Shown here in pieces: positions 52,659 to 62,488 of a stretch of 64,000 bases of DNA. Where the stretch lies: NCBI GenBank assembly GCA_032161105.1, contig JAVHTD010000012.1; one strand, written 5' to 3'. The translations under genes were made by a program, and so were the position numbers. The notes beneath the pieces were generated by a model that made no database searches, was not told the origin of the DNA, and saw only the letters and a list, made by a program, of their open reading frames with translations. The stretch is from Candidatus Thermosaccharophagus tengchongensis (GTDB lineage Bacteria; Armatimonadota; Fervidibacteria; Fervidibacterales; Thermosaccharophagaceae). How positions within the stretch are numbered: position 1 is the first letter of the stretch; each line of letters starts with the position of its first letter.

Positions 52659-54353
52659 TCACTCAATGAACTCGTAGACAACCCTTGCCACTTCCTCCGT
52701 TGTCGTTATACCTTGCATCATCTTCTCAATTGCGTCTTGCATGAGCGTTCGCATTCCCTTCCTTATGGCGAGTTGGCGCAGCTCACTTGCGTTTGCCCCC
52801 TTTGAGATGGCTTCACGCAACTCGGAATCAATGACCATAAGCTCATACACTCCTATGCGCCCACGATAGCCTGTGTTGTGGCAGTGACTGCAACCGGTGC
52901 CGCGATAAAGCTTCAAGCCCTCGGCTTGACTTGGCTGTATGCCGACGCTCATCAGCTCCTCCTCGGATGGTTCATACTGCGTTCTGCAATGCTTGCATAT
53001 TCGCCTGACCAAGCGCTGCGCCAGAACCCCGATAAGGCAGGCGCCAATGATGTATGGCTCAACTCCCATGTCAACGAGGCGTGTAACGGTGCTTGGGGCA
53101 TCATTCGTGTGCAGCGTGCTCAGGACAAGGTGCCCGGTGAGTGCAGCCCTGAATGCCATATCAGCCGTATCCTTGTCCCTTATCTCCCCGACGAGTATGA
53201 CATCTGGGTCTTGGCGAAGTATGGCGCGAAGCTGTTTTGCGAATGTTAACCCGATGTCGTAGTTCACTTGGGTTTGGTTGACACCGTCAATTTGATACTC
53301 AATCGGGTCTTCAACGGTCACGATGTTTATTTTCTCGGAGCGTATCCGGCAGAGCGCCGCATATAGCGTTGTGCTCTTTCCACTCCCAGTCGGACCTGTG
53401 ACGAGTATCATCCCCTGCGGTCGCCTTATGAGCTGCTCAAACTGAGCTTGCACCTCCGGGTGAAAGCCGAGTTGGTCAAGGCTTGTAAGGAGCGTGCTCT
53501 TGTCAAGCAGGCGCAGGACGAGCTTCTCACCAAAGTATGTCGGCAGGCTTGAGACTCGTATGTCAATCTGATGCCCATCAAAGACACCCCTTATGCGACC
53601 ATCCTGTGGGAGGCGTGTTTCGGAGATGTCCATATTCGCCATGACCTTTATTGCCGAGACGATGGCTCTCGCCATATCCGGAGGTAGCGGTTCAGATGGT
53701 GGTTGTAGGACGCCGTCAACCCTGTATCTGACGACGATGCCCCTTTCCCTCGGCTCAATGTGTATGTCGCTTGCACCCCTTCGCACACCCATCGTGATGA
53801 TGCCCCTTGCAAAGCGCAATGCCGGACCACCCTCTTCCGCATCAAGGTGCTCAACGCTTGCTGGGGCTGTGAGGCTCGTTGCTTGTGGTTGTGTTTCAGC
53901 TTGCGCGGTTGAGAGGATGCCATATACACGCTCAATTGCGGCTCGTATCTGCTGCGCTGGTGCCTGCACTGGGTCAACTCGCAACCCAGTTGCCTGTTGC
54001 AGCTGGTCAATTATCTCAAGGCGTTTTGGGTCGGGCATTGCAACGACAAGCTTGTTGCCTTCAACTCGTATTGGCATCACAACTAACTTTTCAGCGAGCC
54101 TTCTCGGGACATAAGCCACTGCAGCCCTGTCAATGTAAATTCGCTCAAGGTCAACCGTTGGGTATGCAGTTGTGCCAATGCGCCTGATTATCTCCTGAAG
54201 CTGTTGTTGCGTGATTATGCCCGCCTCAACAAGCATTGCACTCCATGCCTTTTCAGGCGGCTTCCTTTGAGCCAACTCCTTTATTTGCTCACGCGTCACA
54301 AAGCCGCCTTTGATGAGGGCTTGAAGCAGCTGCTCATCGGTCAACGGCGGCAT
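52659..54353 (-). CDS. GspE/PilB secretion/pilus assembly ATPase
   Basis: ASDIHIEP, PQDGR, TGPTGSGKST, LRQDPD, TGHLVLSTLHTND, CxxC zinc motifs. Confidence 0.93.
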   Translation of the reverse strand: MPPLTDEQLLQALIKGGFVTREQIKELAQRKPPEKAWSAMLVEAGIITQQQLQEIIRRIGTTAYPTVDLERIYIDRAAVAYVPRRLAEKLVVMPIRVEGNKLVVAMPDPKRLEIIDQLQQATGLRVDPVQAPAQQIRAAIERVYGILSTAQAETQPQATSLTAPASVEHLDAEEGGPALRFARGIITMGVRRGASDIHIEPRERGIVVRYRVDGVLQPPSEPLPPDMARAIVSAIKVMANMDISETRLPQDGRIRGVFDGHQIDIRVSSLPTYFGEKLVLRLLDKSTLLTSLDQLGFHPEVQAQFEQLIRRPQGMILVTGPTGSGKSTTLYAALCRIRSEKINIVTVEDPIEYQIDGVNQTQVNYDIGLTFAKQLRAILRQDPDVILVGEIRDKDTADMAFRAALTGHLVLSTLHTNDAPSTVTRLVDMGVEPYIIGACLIGVLAQRLVRRICKHCRTQYEPSEEELMSVGIQPSQAEGLKLYRGTGCSHCHNTGYRGRIGVYELMVIDSELREAISKGANASELRQLAIRKGMRTLMQDAIEKMMQGITTTEEVARVVYEFIE

Positions 54354-54495
54354 TAACTTCACCCCCAAGAAACCCGTAAGCCCCTTTGCCACGAGCTTTG
54401 CCGGGTTTGAAGAAGCTCCACCAAAAATTATGGCAAGTGACGCCGTGTGAGTCTTCAGCCCTTTTAAGGAGTGAAATATACCGTTGGGAGTTGGC

Positions 54496-54969
54496 TCAAT
54501 ATGCTGCCTGTTCATCAAGGCGCTTCAGTTTGGCGATGTTCTCAGCTTCAGAGGGGTCTGGCTCAGTGACCGATAACCATGCATCCAGAATCTCCTTTGC
54601 GAGCTCCTCTGTCACGAGCCTGCCGCTCATGGAGAGCACATTTGCGTCATTCCAGAGGCGAGCGCACTCGGCGCTTTTCGCATCGTTACACAGGGCAGCT
54701 CTTATCCCCTTGAACTTATTTGCGACCATGCACACACCGGTGCCCGTGTAACAGATGAGCACGCCGAACGCGGCTTCACCAGTTTGCACCATCCTTGAGA
54801 CATGCACTGCAACATCAACCCACGAACACATCTCGCCAGTTAGCAAGGCGCCAAAGCGCACAACATTGAAACCTTTTCGCTCAAGGTGTTCACAGGCAGC
54901 CTTCGCTGCTGCATACAGGTCGTCACTTCCGACAGCAACAGTTATGGCACGCCGAGTGGCATCCCACAT
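54496..54969 (-). CDS. rpiB: RpiB/LacA/LacB family sugar-phosphate isomerase
   Basis: GSDD, CYTGTG, ANKFKGIRAA, ARLWNDANVL. Confidence 0.82.
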   Translation of the reverse strand: MWDATRRAITVAVGSDDLYAAAKAACEHLERKGFNVVRFGALLTGEMCSWVDVAVHVSRMVQTGEAAFGVLICYTGTGVCMVANKFKGIRAALCNDAKSAECARLWNDANVLSMSGRLVTEELAKEILDAWLSVTEPDPSEAENIAKLKRLDEQAAY

Positions 54970-56260
54970 GGTGATTACAACTCCCCCAGCAGAAATCGTA
55001 AGGATGAGGATTCGTCAAGCGAGCGCCAACCGCTTTGTTACCTGTGGCACCACCTTTTCCTTGTAGCTTCTCCCTCTTCGCCGTGAAAGCGTGTGCACCT
55101 ACATCCGTTGCTTTGCTCTCGGGCTTGACTGACAGGTCTCCGCCTTCAGGGTCCACAAGCAATGGGTCAACACCCACAACGCCGTCTTTCTCCGGGGTTG
55201 GCAAGTTGGGTTTGCTCATCTGCGGTCTGTCAATGCAATACCACCAGTTGCGTTCAAACGAGAATGTTTTCGGAGCAGTATTTGGTCCGATGTTGACGCC
55301 ACCCTCTCGCCATTCATCCGAGCGAAATACGATGAGGTTGTTATAGAACCGCACATTCCTGCATGGCACAAATCCCTCCGCTGTATTTTCCTGCAGTATT
55401 CGTATCGCCCAGCGCTTTGGTCGGTAAATTGTGTTGAATCGTGCGACGGCTCCATCAACCCCAACGAACGCTATAGCACCGAGTGAGCCTATGAATGTGC
55501 AGCCCTCAATCGTGATATCTCTCGCCTCAGCGTGAGCTCCGCCGGGCTTGAGTGGCGGTCGGAAGTATTCTAAGCCGGTGCTCCCACCAGCTTGCATTGC
55601 CCTTCCCCCGGCATGCTCAAACCTGCATTGCCTCACCGTTATGTTGCTGCTACCGCCCTTCGCCTGTATGCCGGCGCCCTTATCGTCCTCATATCGCAAT
55701 GTGCATTTGACTATCAGACCGTTATGGCATCCAACCATGTCAATTCCCTGTCCGCCATCGCCCCAGCGCTCTATAGTGCACTCTTCAATGAGGAAGTCAG
55801 TTACGCCGGACAGCTTTATGCCGTCGCAATTGCCTTTCGGTCCTATGTCGCACACCTTCAACTTGCGCAGCGTTATGTGATGCGCTGGGGTATCAAAAGT
55901 GCCCCCATCGTCTATATTCAACCCGTTGAATGCTGCGCCTTTAAGCACCAATCCCCTCAGCTCAAGATATGCTGGGTCCACAAATTGCATGCATGTGCCA
56001 CCGCCGACTATGACTGGCGGGTTGGTTTCATCCTCAGCAGCAATTACTATCGGCTTATCCGGCTCACCGCGCACGCCAACAAAATATAAACCGCCCTTGT
56101 ATTCCCCCGGCTTGAGCAATATCGTCGTGCCCGGCTTTGCATTCATCACAGCTTGCCGAAAAGCTTGCGCATCGCTGACGATAACAGTCCTCTCATTGCC
56201 AGCGGCACAAATAGTCAGCCATGCAACAATGCAAGCCAAAGCAACAGCGCCATGCCGCAT
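54923..56260 (-). CDS. Secreted right-handed parallel beta-helix protein
   Basis: Signal peptide, AKPGTTILLKPGEY, repeated NITV..C.F strands, DPLLVD. Confidence 0.8.
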   Translation of the reverse strand: MRHGAVALACIVAWLTICAAGNERTVIVSDAQAFRQAVMNAKPGTTILLKPGEYKGGLYFVGVRGEPDKPIVIAAEDETNPPVIVGGGTCMQFVDPAYLELRGLVLKGAAFNGLNIDDGGTFDTPAHHITLRKLKVCDIGPKGNCDGIKLSGVTDFLIEECTIERWGDGGQGIDMVGCHNGLIVKCTLRYEDDKGAGIQAKGGSSNITVRQCRFEHAGGRAMQAGGSTGLEYFRPPLKPGGAHAEARDITIEGCTFIGSLGAIAFVGVDGAVARFNTIYRPKRWAIRILQENTAEGFVPCRNVRFYNNLIVFRSDEWREGGVNIGPNTAPKTFSFERNWWYCIDRPQMSKPNLPTPEKDGVVGVDPLLVDPEGGDLSVKPESKATDVGAHAFTAKREKLQGKGGATGNKAVGARLTNPHPYDFCWGSCNHHVGCHSACHNCCCRK

Positions 56261-56386
56261 AGCATCTCACCTCTTGCTTGAATTTGTTTGCATCCCACCC
56301 CGCAGTCGGACATAATACAACTCAGTCATGAATTTTGATGCTCAGCCTGATGACGCAGTTTTTGACAAGCACCGGGGTGGTGCGAG

Positions 56387-57223
56387 ATGGATTTGACTTT
56401 GCCAGTCGTGCATGTTGTTGCTGACACGCTTCCTGAGGCATGGGAGAAGGCGGTGGTTGAGACTTGGCGTATAGGTGCGAGCGTGAAGACGCAATACGAT
56501 AAGCCGGGCGATCCGCCAAGCAGGGATGTCATAGCGGTGATCGTCGTTCGTGAACCGTTCAAAGAGCCGAGAATACACAGGGCGTTGCCATGCGGTTTGG
56601 CTGAGCTTGAGGTTTACCGCCAAGAAGTCATTTACGGAATACACGATCACTGGATTGACCCATCGTCCGGCAAATGGGAATACACCTATCATGAGCGTCT
56701 GACGGCATACAGAGTCCCGGGGTTGAGCGAGCCGATTGACCAACTCAGCCAAATTATCAACTTGCTTGCCGAAACACCGTATACGCGCCGTGCACAAGCC
56801 GTCATTTGGAAGGTATGGGCTGATTCTGGGGTTGAGCATCCGCCATGCTTACAGCGCATCTGGGTGAGGGTTATTGGCGATGAGCTTGTGATGAATGTCC
56901 ACATGCGCAGCAATGATGCATTTAAAGCAGCCTTCATGAACATGTATGCCTTCACGGAGCTGCAGAAGGTTATCGCAGAGCGTCTATCAGAGCGCCTCGG
57001 GCGGCAAATACGCGTTGGGCAATACACGCATATAGCCGACTCCTTCCACATCTATGGCGCCTACTTTGACGAATTCCAGCGCTTCCTTGAATCGCTTCAA
57101 AGGCGCACTTTTGAACAGCGCACTTACAGGACTGAAGAAGTGCTCCCAATACTTGAGGAAGCCCGTGAAGCCATAAAGCGCTCACTTGAGGAGGAGCGGA
57201 TAAGCGGCAGGAAGGGGCTTTGA
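56387..57223 (+). CDS. thyA: Thymidylate synthase, archaeal-type ThyA family
   Basis: YTYHERL, TRRAQA, PPCLQ, RSND, FMN, SFHIY. Confidence 0.8.
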   Translation: MDLTLPVVHVVADTLPEAWEKAVVETWRIGASVKTQYDKPGDPPSRDVIAVIVVREPFKEPRIHRALPCGLAELEVYRQEVIYGIHDHWIDPSSGKWEYTYHERLTAYRVPGLSEPIDQLSQIINLLAETPYTRRAQAVIWKVWADSGVEHPPCLQRIWVRVIGDELVMNVHMRSNDAFKAAFMNMYAFTELQKVIAERLSERLGRQIRVGQYTHIADSFHIYGAYFDEFQRFLESLQRRTFEQRTYRTEEVLPILEEAREAIKRSLEEERISGRKGL

Positions 57224-57312
57224 TTTTGAGCCGTGATTAAAATTCTCACTCGGCGGATGTTCAACTTCACACGGGAGAGCAAAATGCCAGCCAAAGGGAA
57301 GGTGCCCGCCGC

Positions 57313-59202
57313 ATGCGATTCGTCATCGGCGTTGATGTCGGCGCAACTTCAGCAGTGGCTTGCATAGCTGACGAGACCGGATGCATTCGTGGAGTGGCTC
57401 ATTCGTCTGGGAGCAACCTTCTGCTTGACGGCGTTGATGGAGCGTGCCGGAGCATAACCGAAGTGATAAAGGCAGCCTTGCTCATCTCGGGGATTAAACT
57501 CAGCGAGGTCGCCGCTGTGTGCATTGGTTGCGCCGGCGCTGGGGATGATGGCGATCCAATACGCCGGCTGCTAAAGCAAAAGCTGAATGAGCAACTTGCT
57601 ACGGACATGGACATAGCAATTGAGCATGACGCTGCCATAGCTCACGCAGGCGCGCTCCGCTGCTTTCACGGCATAGTGGTAATTTCGGGAACAGGCGCAA
57701 TAGCATTCGGGGTTGACGAGCATGGCAATTCCGCGAGGGCTGATGGGCTTGGGCATTGGCTTGGTGATGAGGGCAGCGGTTTTTGGATCGGCATGGAGGC
57801 GTTGCGCAGCTGGGCAAAAGCACTTGATGGACGCTCTAAGCATACAGCGCTCTGTGAATTGCTCCCGAAGGCGCTCAATTTGAGTTCGCCAAGGGAGGTT
57901 TCAATTGCGTTCTCGTCTGGGGAGGTGAGCAAGCGAGAGGTGGCAATGCTCGTCAAAGTGGTCGCTGATGCGGCAAGGGCAGGTGATGAGGTTGCTCAGC
58001 AAATATTCAACTCAGCGGCTGAGAGGCTTGCTAACTCCGTATGCGCTGTAGCTGAGCGCCTCAAAATGGCAAACCCGAGAGTATCGTATGCAGGCGGTGT
58101 CTTTCGCGTCGGTGAGTTGCTCATCTCCCCGCTGAGAGCGGCGCTTCGTGAGCGCATTGGTGAGGTTGAATTCCTACACCCATTTGCGCCGCCTGCTATC
58201 GGGGCTGTCATGCTCGCGCTGAAGAGGCTTCACAGCCTCAAAGCGATTGACGATGAAGTTGCTTCAAGGCTCAAAGAGGGTTATTTGCATTGGGGCTTTG
58301 ATGAGCTCGGTTTCGTTCCACCAAGTGATGAGGAAGCGCTCATAACCATTCTGCCGAGGTTGATGAGTGAGCAGCGCAATCCGAGGACGGAGAGGCTTGA
58401 TCAAATGCCGATTGAGGAGATATTGCAGCTCATGAATGACGAGGACAAAAATGTGGCTCCGGCGGTGGAGCGCGAGATTGGGCATATTGCCGATGTAGTT
58501 CGCATGGCAATCAGGGCGCTGAGGAGTGGCGGGCGGATCATCTATGTGGGTGCTGGAACGAGTGGGAGGCTTGGGATAATTGACGCAGCGGAATGCCCAC
58601 CAACATTTGGCACACCGAGGGAGTGGGTGCAAGGGATAATAGCTGGCGGCAATGAAGCCGTCTTCAGGTCAATTGAAGGTGCTGAGGATGATGAGCGGGC
58701 GGCTGTGGATGAGCTTGAGAGGCGCCATGTCTGTGAGCGCGATTTGGTAATTGGGCTTTCTGTGAGCGGTCGGACGCCATTCGTGATTGCCGCGCTTCGT
58801 GAGGCTAAAAGGCGTGGCGCAAAGACGGCTGCAATCACAGCCAACAGGGAGGCGCCAATTGTGCTCCATGCGGATGTCACTATAGCGCCGAATGTCGGTC
58901 CTGAGGTTGTGGCAGGTTCAACGAGGCTTAAAGCCGGCACCGCTGAGAAGCTCATCTTGAACATGATCAGCACCGCTACGATGGTCAAGCTTGGTCGCGT
59001 TAAGGGTAACTTGATGGTCAGCGTGCGGACTTGGTCGGAAAAATTGCGCGAGCGGGCAAAGCGCATAACAGCCATAATTGCCGGAGCCACAGTTGAAGAA
59101 GCTGAGGAGGCACTCAAGTTATGTGGGTGGGAAGTCAAAGAGGCAATTGATTTGCTCCGATCAAGGCGCGAGCGCCAATCTATGGGAGAGATTCAAAGGT
59201 GA
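57313..59202 (+). CDS. murQ: Fusion of BadF-type N-acetylglucosamine/MurNAc kinase and MurNAc-6-P etherase
   Basis: GVDVGAT, ISGTGA, GDEGSG; then SEQRNP, GAGTSGRLG, ECPPTF, GAED, GSTRLKAGTA. Confidence 0.9.
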   Translation: MRFVIGVDVGATSAVACIADETGCIRGVAHSSGSNLLLDGVDGACRSITEVIKAALLISGIKLSEVAAVCIGCAGAGDDGDPIRRLLKQKLNEQLATDMDIAIEHDAAIAHAGALRCFHGIVVISGTGAIAFGVDEHGNSARADGLGHWLGDEGSGFWIGMEALRSWAKALDGRSKHTALCELLPKALNLSSPREVSIAFSSGEVSKREVAMLVKVVADAARAGDEVAQQIFNSAAERLANSVCAVAERLKMANPRVSYAGGVFRVGELLISPLRAALRERIGEVEFLHPFAPPAIGAVMLALKRLHSLKAIDDEVASRLKEGYLHWGFDELGFVPPSDEEALITILPRLMSEQRNPRTERLDQMPIEEILQLMNDEDKNVAPAVEREIGHIADVVRMAIRALRSGGRIIYVGAGTSGRLGIIDAAECPPTFGTPREWVQGIIAGGNEAVFRSIEGAEDDERAAVDELERRHVCERDLVIGLSVSGRTPFVIAALREAKRRGAKTAAITANREAPIVLHADVTIAPNVGPEVVAGSTRLKAGTAEKLILNMISTATMVKLGRVKGNLMVSVRTWSEKLRERAKRITAIIAGATVEEAEEALKLCGWEVKEAIDLLRSRRERQSMGEIQR

Positions 59203-59284
59203 GTTGGAGGTGAAGGCAACCCAACTTGCGCAGCTGCTTGCTCAGCTGGTAGAGGGAGAAACGCTTCGCAGGGGGTGAAAACTT

Positions 59285-60499
59285 ATGGCGCAGTTAACTC
59301 ATAAGGAGGCATTAAGACAACTTCTGCGCCGATTGCATGCCGGCGAGTCAGTTGAACAGCTCAAGGAAGAGTTTGCCCAAATACTCTCGCAGCTTCGCCC
59401 GGAGCAGGTTGCCCTCATTGAACAAGAGTTGATTGAGGAGGGTATACCACCCGACGAGATAAGGAGACTTTGCGACCTGCATCTTGAGGTGTTCCGAGAG
59501 GTGGTTGAGCAAACAAAACTTGATGTCCCTCAATGGCATCCAATTTACATCCTCGTTGAAGAACACAAAGCGGTGCTCTCTCTGGCTCAAAGGCTCAATG
59601 AAGTTGCAAGGCAACTGGCAGCGGAGTATGAGCGAGGTGTTGCAGCTGAGCAAATTGAGGGCGTGAGAGATGTCGCGCATCACTTCATTGAGTATGAGCG
59701 GCATATGGAGCGTGAAGAAAACGCCCTCTTTCCATTCCTTGAAAGGCACGGTGTGACGCAGCCGCCCGCTATTATGTGGACTGAGCACAATGAGTTCCGA
59801 GATATGAGGAAGCAGTTGCTATCGCTAATTGAGGGTGACCTCGCCGGTGAGCCGGCGTCATTTTTGGAATCGCTGATGAGACTCTCAACGCAAATATCCT
59901 CGCACCTGATGAGCCACTACTACAAGGAGAACAATGTGCTCTTTCCGATGGCGCTTAAGCTACTGAGCCACGATGAGTGGAGAGCCATTAGGGCTGACTT
60001 TGACGGGATCGGCTATTGCTGCTTCACGCCACAAGTTGAAGCGCCGTCCGAGGTTGTGAGTGAGGCGCGTCCAGTTGGGGCGGCTGATGCGGAAGGCATT
60101 GTGCAGTTTGAGACCGGAACCTTGACGCCCGTGCAGATTGAAGCGATACTTAACACGCTGCCGTTTGACATCACATTCGTTGATGCTGACGATGTTGTCC
60201 GATATTTCAATTCGCCGAGGGAGGGGAGAATATTTGTGCGCACAAAAGCTGTGCTCGGAAGGAAGGTTCAGCAGTGTCACCCGCAGAGCAGCTTGCATGT
60301 TGTCAACAGGTTGCTTGACGAAATGAAGTCAGGCAAAAGGGACTTAGCTGAATTTTGGATCAACCATCGCGGCAGGCTCATTTACATACGCTACTTTGCT
60401 GTGCGCGATGCACAAGGGCGTTATTTGGGGTGTATTGAAGTCACGCAGGACATAACCGACATCAAGTCATTGGAAGGCGAAAGGAGGTTGCTTGATTGA
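59285..60499 (+). CDS. DUF438/hemerythrin/PAS domain protein
   Basis: RLCDLH, HP...EEH, REENALFP, MWTEH, KENNVLFP; PAS with CHP. Confidence 0.88.
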   Translation: MAQLTHKEALRQLLRRLHAGESVEQLKEEFAQILSQLRPEQVALIEQELIEEGIPPDEIRRLCDLHLEVFREVVEQTKLDVPQWHPIYILVEEHKAVLSLAQRLNEVARQLAAEYERGVAAEQIEGVRDVAHHFIEYERHMEREENALFPFLERHGVTQPPAIMWTEHNEFRDMRKQLLSLIEGDLAGEPASFLESLMRLSTQISSHLMSHYYKENNVLFPMALKLLSHDEWRAIRADFDGIGYCCFTPQVEAPSEVVSEARPVGAADAEGIVQFETGTLTPVQIEAILNTLPFDITFVDADDVVRYFNSPREGRIFVRTKAVLGRKVQQCHPQSSLHVVNRLLDEMKSGKRDLAEFWINHRGRLIYIRYFAVRDAQGRYLGCIEVTQDITDIKSLEGERRLLD

Positions 60500-61187
60500 G
60501 ATGATGGAATTGGAATGGCAAGCTGCGGCGAGTCGCCTTAGGGAAGTGATGGGTTTGCGTAGCAAGCCGGTTGGTGTGCTCTATGCCAAAGAGCCGTTAA
60601 AGGGCGGTGACAATTCTCCGATTGCCGTTTGCGAAGCAATGAAGCGTGCAAGCGATGGAGGCATCATCAACTTGAGCAAGGATAATTCAAAGTGCCCCGG
60701 AGGGACTTACTACATTGGCTTGGGTGAGCGCGCAAGCGGTATTGAGGACTTCCTCGTGAATGTGGAGCACATATTTTCATCGTATCCTGTGGCGAGGGCA
60801 CATTTCATCCATTCCGTGATTCCGCCAAAGGAGCTCACGCCATATGTTTGCTTCGCGCCGGTCACCGAAATGCCGGTTAAACCTGACTTAGTGCTCGTTG
60901 TGTGCAATCCAATGCAGGCATCGCGGTTGCTTGGTCTTGTAGCATATGACGGTGCACCCGGATTAAAGCTCTCCGCATTTGGTGCTGCATGCCAAACAGC
61001 CATCACCAATCCCCTTATGAACGGGCAGGTTGATGTCAGCTTCATTGATTTGAGTGCGCGCAAAAGAGCCGGCTTCGCCGATGACGAACTTATCCTCTCG
61101 CTTCCATACCGAGAGTTTATGAGAGCTGTCGCAAACATTGATTACAGCATTTGTGGAACTGCAAAGCCATCAGCACCATTACATTGA
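60492..61187 (+). CDS. DUF169 family protein
   Basis: L...PVGV, CE, CPGG..IG, PDLV..CNPMQ, AAC, DDEL. Confidence 0.8.
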   Translation: MIEMMELEWQAAASRLREVMGLRSKPVGVLYAKEPLKGGDNSPIAVCEAMKRASDGGIINLSKDNSKCPGGTYYIGLGERASGIEDFLVNVEHIFSSYPVARAHFIHSVIPPKELTPYVCFAPVTEMPVKPDLVLVVCNPMQASRLLGLVAYDGAPGLKLSAFGAACQTAITNPLMNGQVDVSFIDLSARKRAGFADDELILSLPYREFMRAVANIDYSICGTAKPSAPLH

Positions 61188-61388
61188 GCGAGCTGCAGGC
61201 GGAGCAAAGGTTTGCAGTGAGTGTTTCTCCCTCTCAACGGATGAGGCAAAGGGAAGAAGGGAAGTTGAGCGGGCAATTTGGTTGTGAAAGGTAAATGGAG
61301 GCTTCGGCGGCGCAATGAAACTGCAGTGTTGCTGAAATGGCTCTGCGCTGTGCAGCGAAAGGAAGTCGGGGGCGCACCATGCACTGGG

Positions 61389-61418
61389 TTGACAGAGCGT
61401 AACATATGTGGCTATAAT
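61389..61418 (+). promoter_or_regulatory. Consensus sigma70 promoter of tRNA
   Basis: TTGACA-N18-TATAAT 20 nt upstream of the tRNA. Confidence 0.85.
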
Positions 61419-61438
61419 AAAACATGAGCAGCATTGGT

Positions 61439-61513
61439 GGGCGCGTAGCTCAACGGCAGAGCAGCCGGCTCATAACCGGTCGGTTGGGGGTTCGAATCCC
61501 TCCGCGCCCACCA
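61439..61513 (+). tRNA. tRNA with CAT anticodon, probably tRNA-Ile2 (lysidine) rather than Met
   Basis: GGGCGCG/CGCGCCC, GCCGG-CTCATAA-CCGGT, encoded CCA; no initiator features. Confidence 0.9.
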
Positions 61514-61626
61514 TTTTTCTTTTACATGTGCGATGATGGAAAGTCAGTTTGACGAAGCAGCAACGGCGCGTTAAATTGCCGACGGTGGATGGTATGAGGC
61601 GACCAGTCACTAAGGAGGTGGATGCG

Positions 61627-62457
61627 ATGTATATGAGGTGCGTCTGTGTCAGCCTTGCGGGTGGTATAGCTTTGATGCTCGCTATGGTTCACACAGATAC
61701 GGCAGTAGGTGAGCAGGGCAAGAGGATGCGCTTGCTCGTTGTCACTCACTCAGCCGGCTTTATGCACGATCCGGTGAGACGACCAGCTCCTGATAGGCTC
61801 TCGGTGTGTGAGGAGGTCGTTATGGGGCTCGGTCTTATAACTGGCGCATACGACTGCACATTCATCTACACGAAGGAGGAGTGCCAGAAGCTCACACCCG
61901 ATTTCCTGAAACAGTTTGACGGTTTCTTCTTTTACGCCACCGGCGACCTGCCCATCCCTGAGGAAGGACGGAAGGCATTGATTGAGCTCGTGAAGGAGGG
62001 TAGGGGATTCATTGGGGCGCATGCAGCGACTGATGCTCTGTATAACTACCAACCATTTGGCGAGATGATCGGTGGCTACTTTGATGGGCATCCATGGCAT
62101 CAGAAGGTGCGCGTCATCGTTGAAGATAAAGAGCATCCGGCAACCGCTCACCTTGGTGATGCGTTTGAGATCGTGGACGAGATTTACCAGTTCCGAGAGC
62201 CATATTCTCGTGAGCGTTTGCGAGTGCTCCTCAGCTTGGACATCAATTCAGTTGATGTAAAGAAGGGCAAGCGTAAGGATAACGACTACGCGCTTGCGTG
62301 GGTGCAGCAATTCGGCAAGGGGCGCGTGTTCTACACGGCGCTTGGTCATAGCAATCAAGTTTGGCGCGACGAGCGCTTCCAAAAACACCTGCTAAATGGC
62401 ATTCTGTGGGCGCTCGGTCTTTTGAAAGGTGATGCCACTCCGCGCCCAAAGCCATAA
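61627..62457 (+). CDS. Secreted ThuA domain protein
   Basis: SAGFMH, GFIGAHAATD, DEIY, GRVFYTALGH; AAGGAGG RBS. Confidence 0.88.
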   Translation: MYMRCVCVSLAGGIALMLAMVHTDTAVGEQGKRMRLLVVTHSAGFMHDPVRRPAPDRLSVCEEVVMGLGLITGAYDCTFIYTKEECQKLTPDFLKQFDGFFFYATGDLPIPEEGRKALIELVKEGRGFIGAHAATDALYNYQPFGEMIGGYFDGHPWHQKVRVIVEDKEHPATAHLGDAFEIVDEIYQFREPYSRERLRVLLSLDINSVDVKKGKRKDNDYALAWVQQFGKGRVFYTALGHSNQVWRDERFQKHLLNGILWALGLLKGDATPRPKP

Positions 62458-62488
62458 GATAAGCGGCATGCGGTTATAGGGGTGCGCT

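Noticed and set aside
54923..55010. Cys/His-rich tail CNHHVGCHSACHNCCCRK on the beta-helix protein
   Set aside because: It is an alternate-frame overlap with the rpiB start, most likely a run-on rather than a metal-binding domain
59225..59260. GCTCAGCTGGTAGAG resembling a tRNA D-arm
   Set aside because: Part of a 12-nt tandem duplication (CTTGCGCAGCTG/CTTGCTCAGCTG); no anticodon or T arm
61190..61385. Purine-rich intergenic region as a possible ncRNA
   Set aside because: No convincing stems or known motif found by eye
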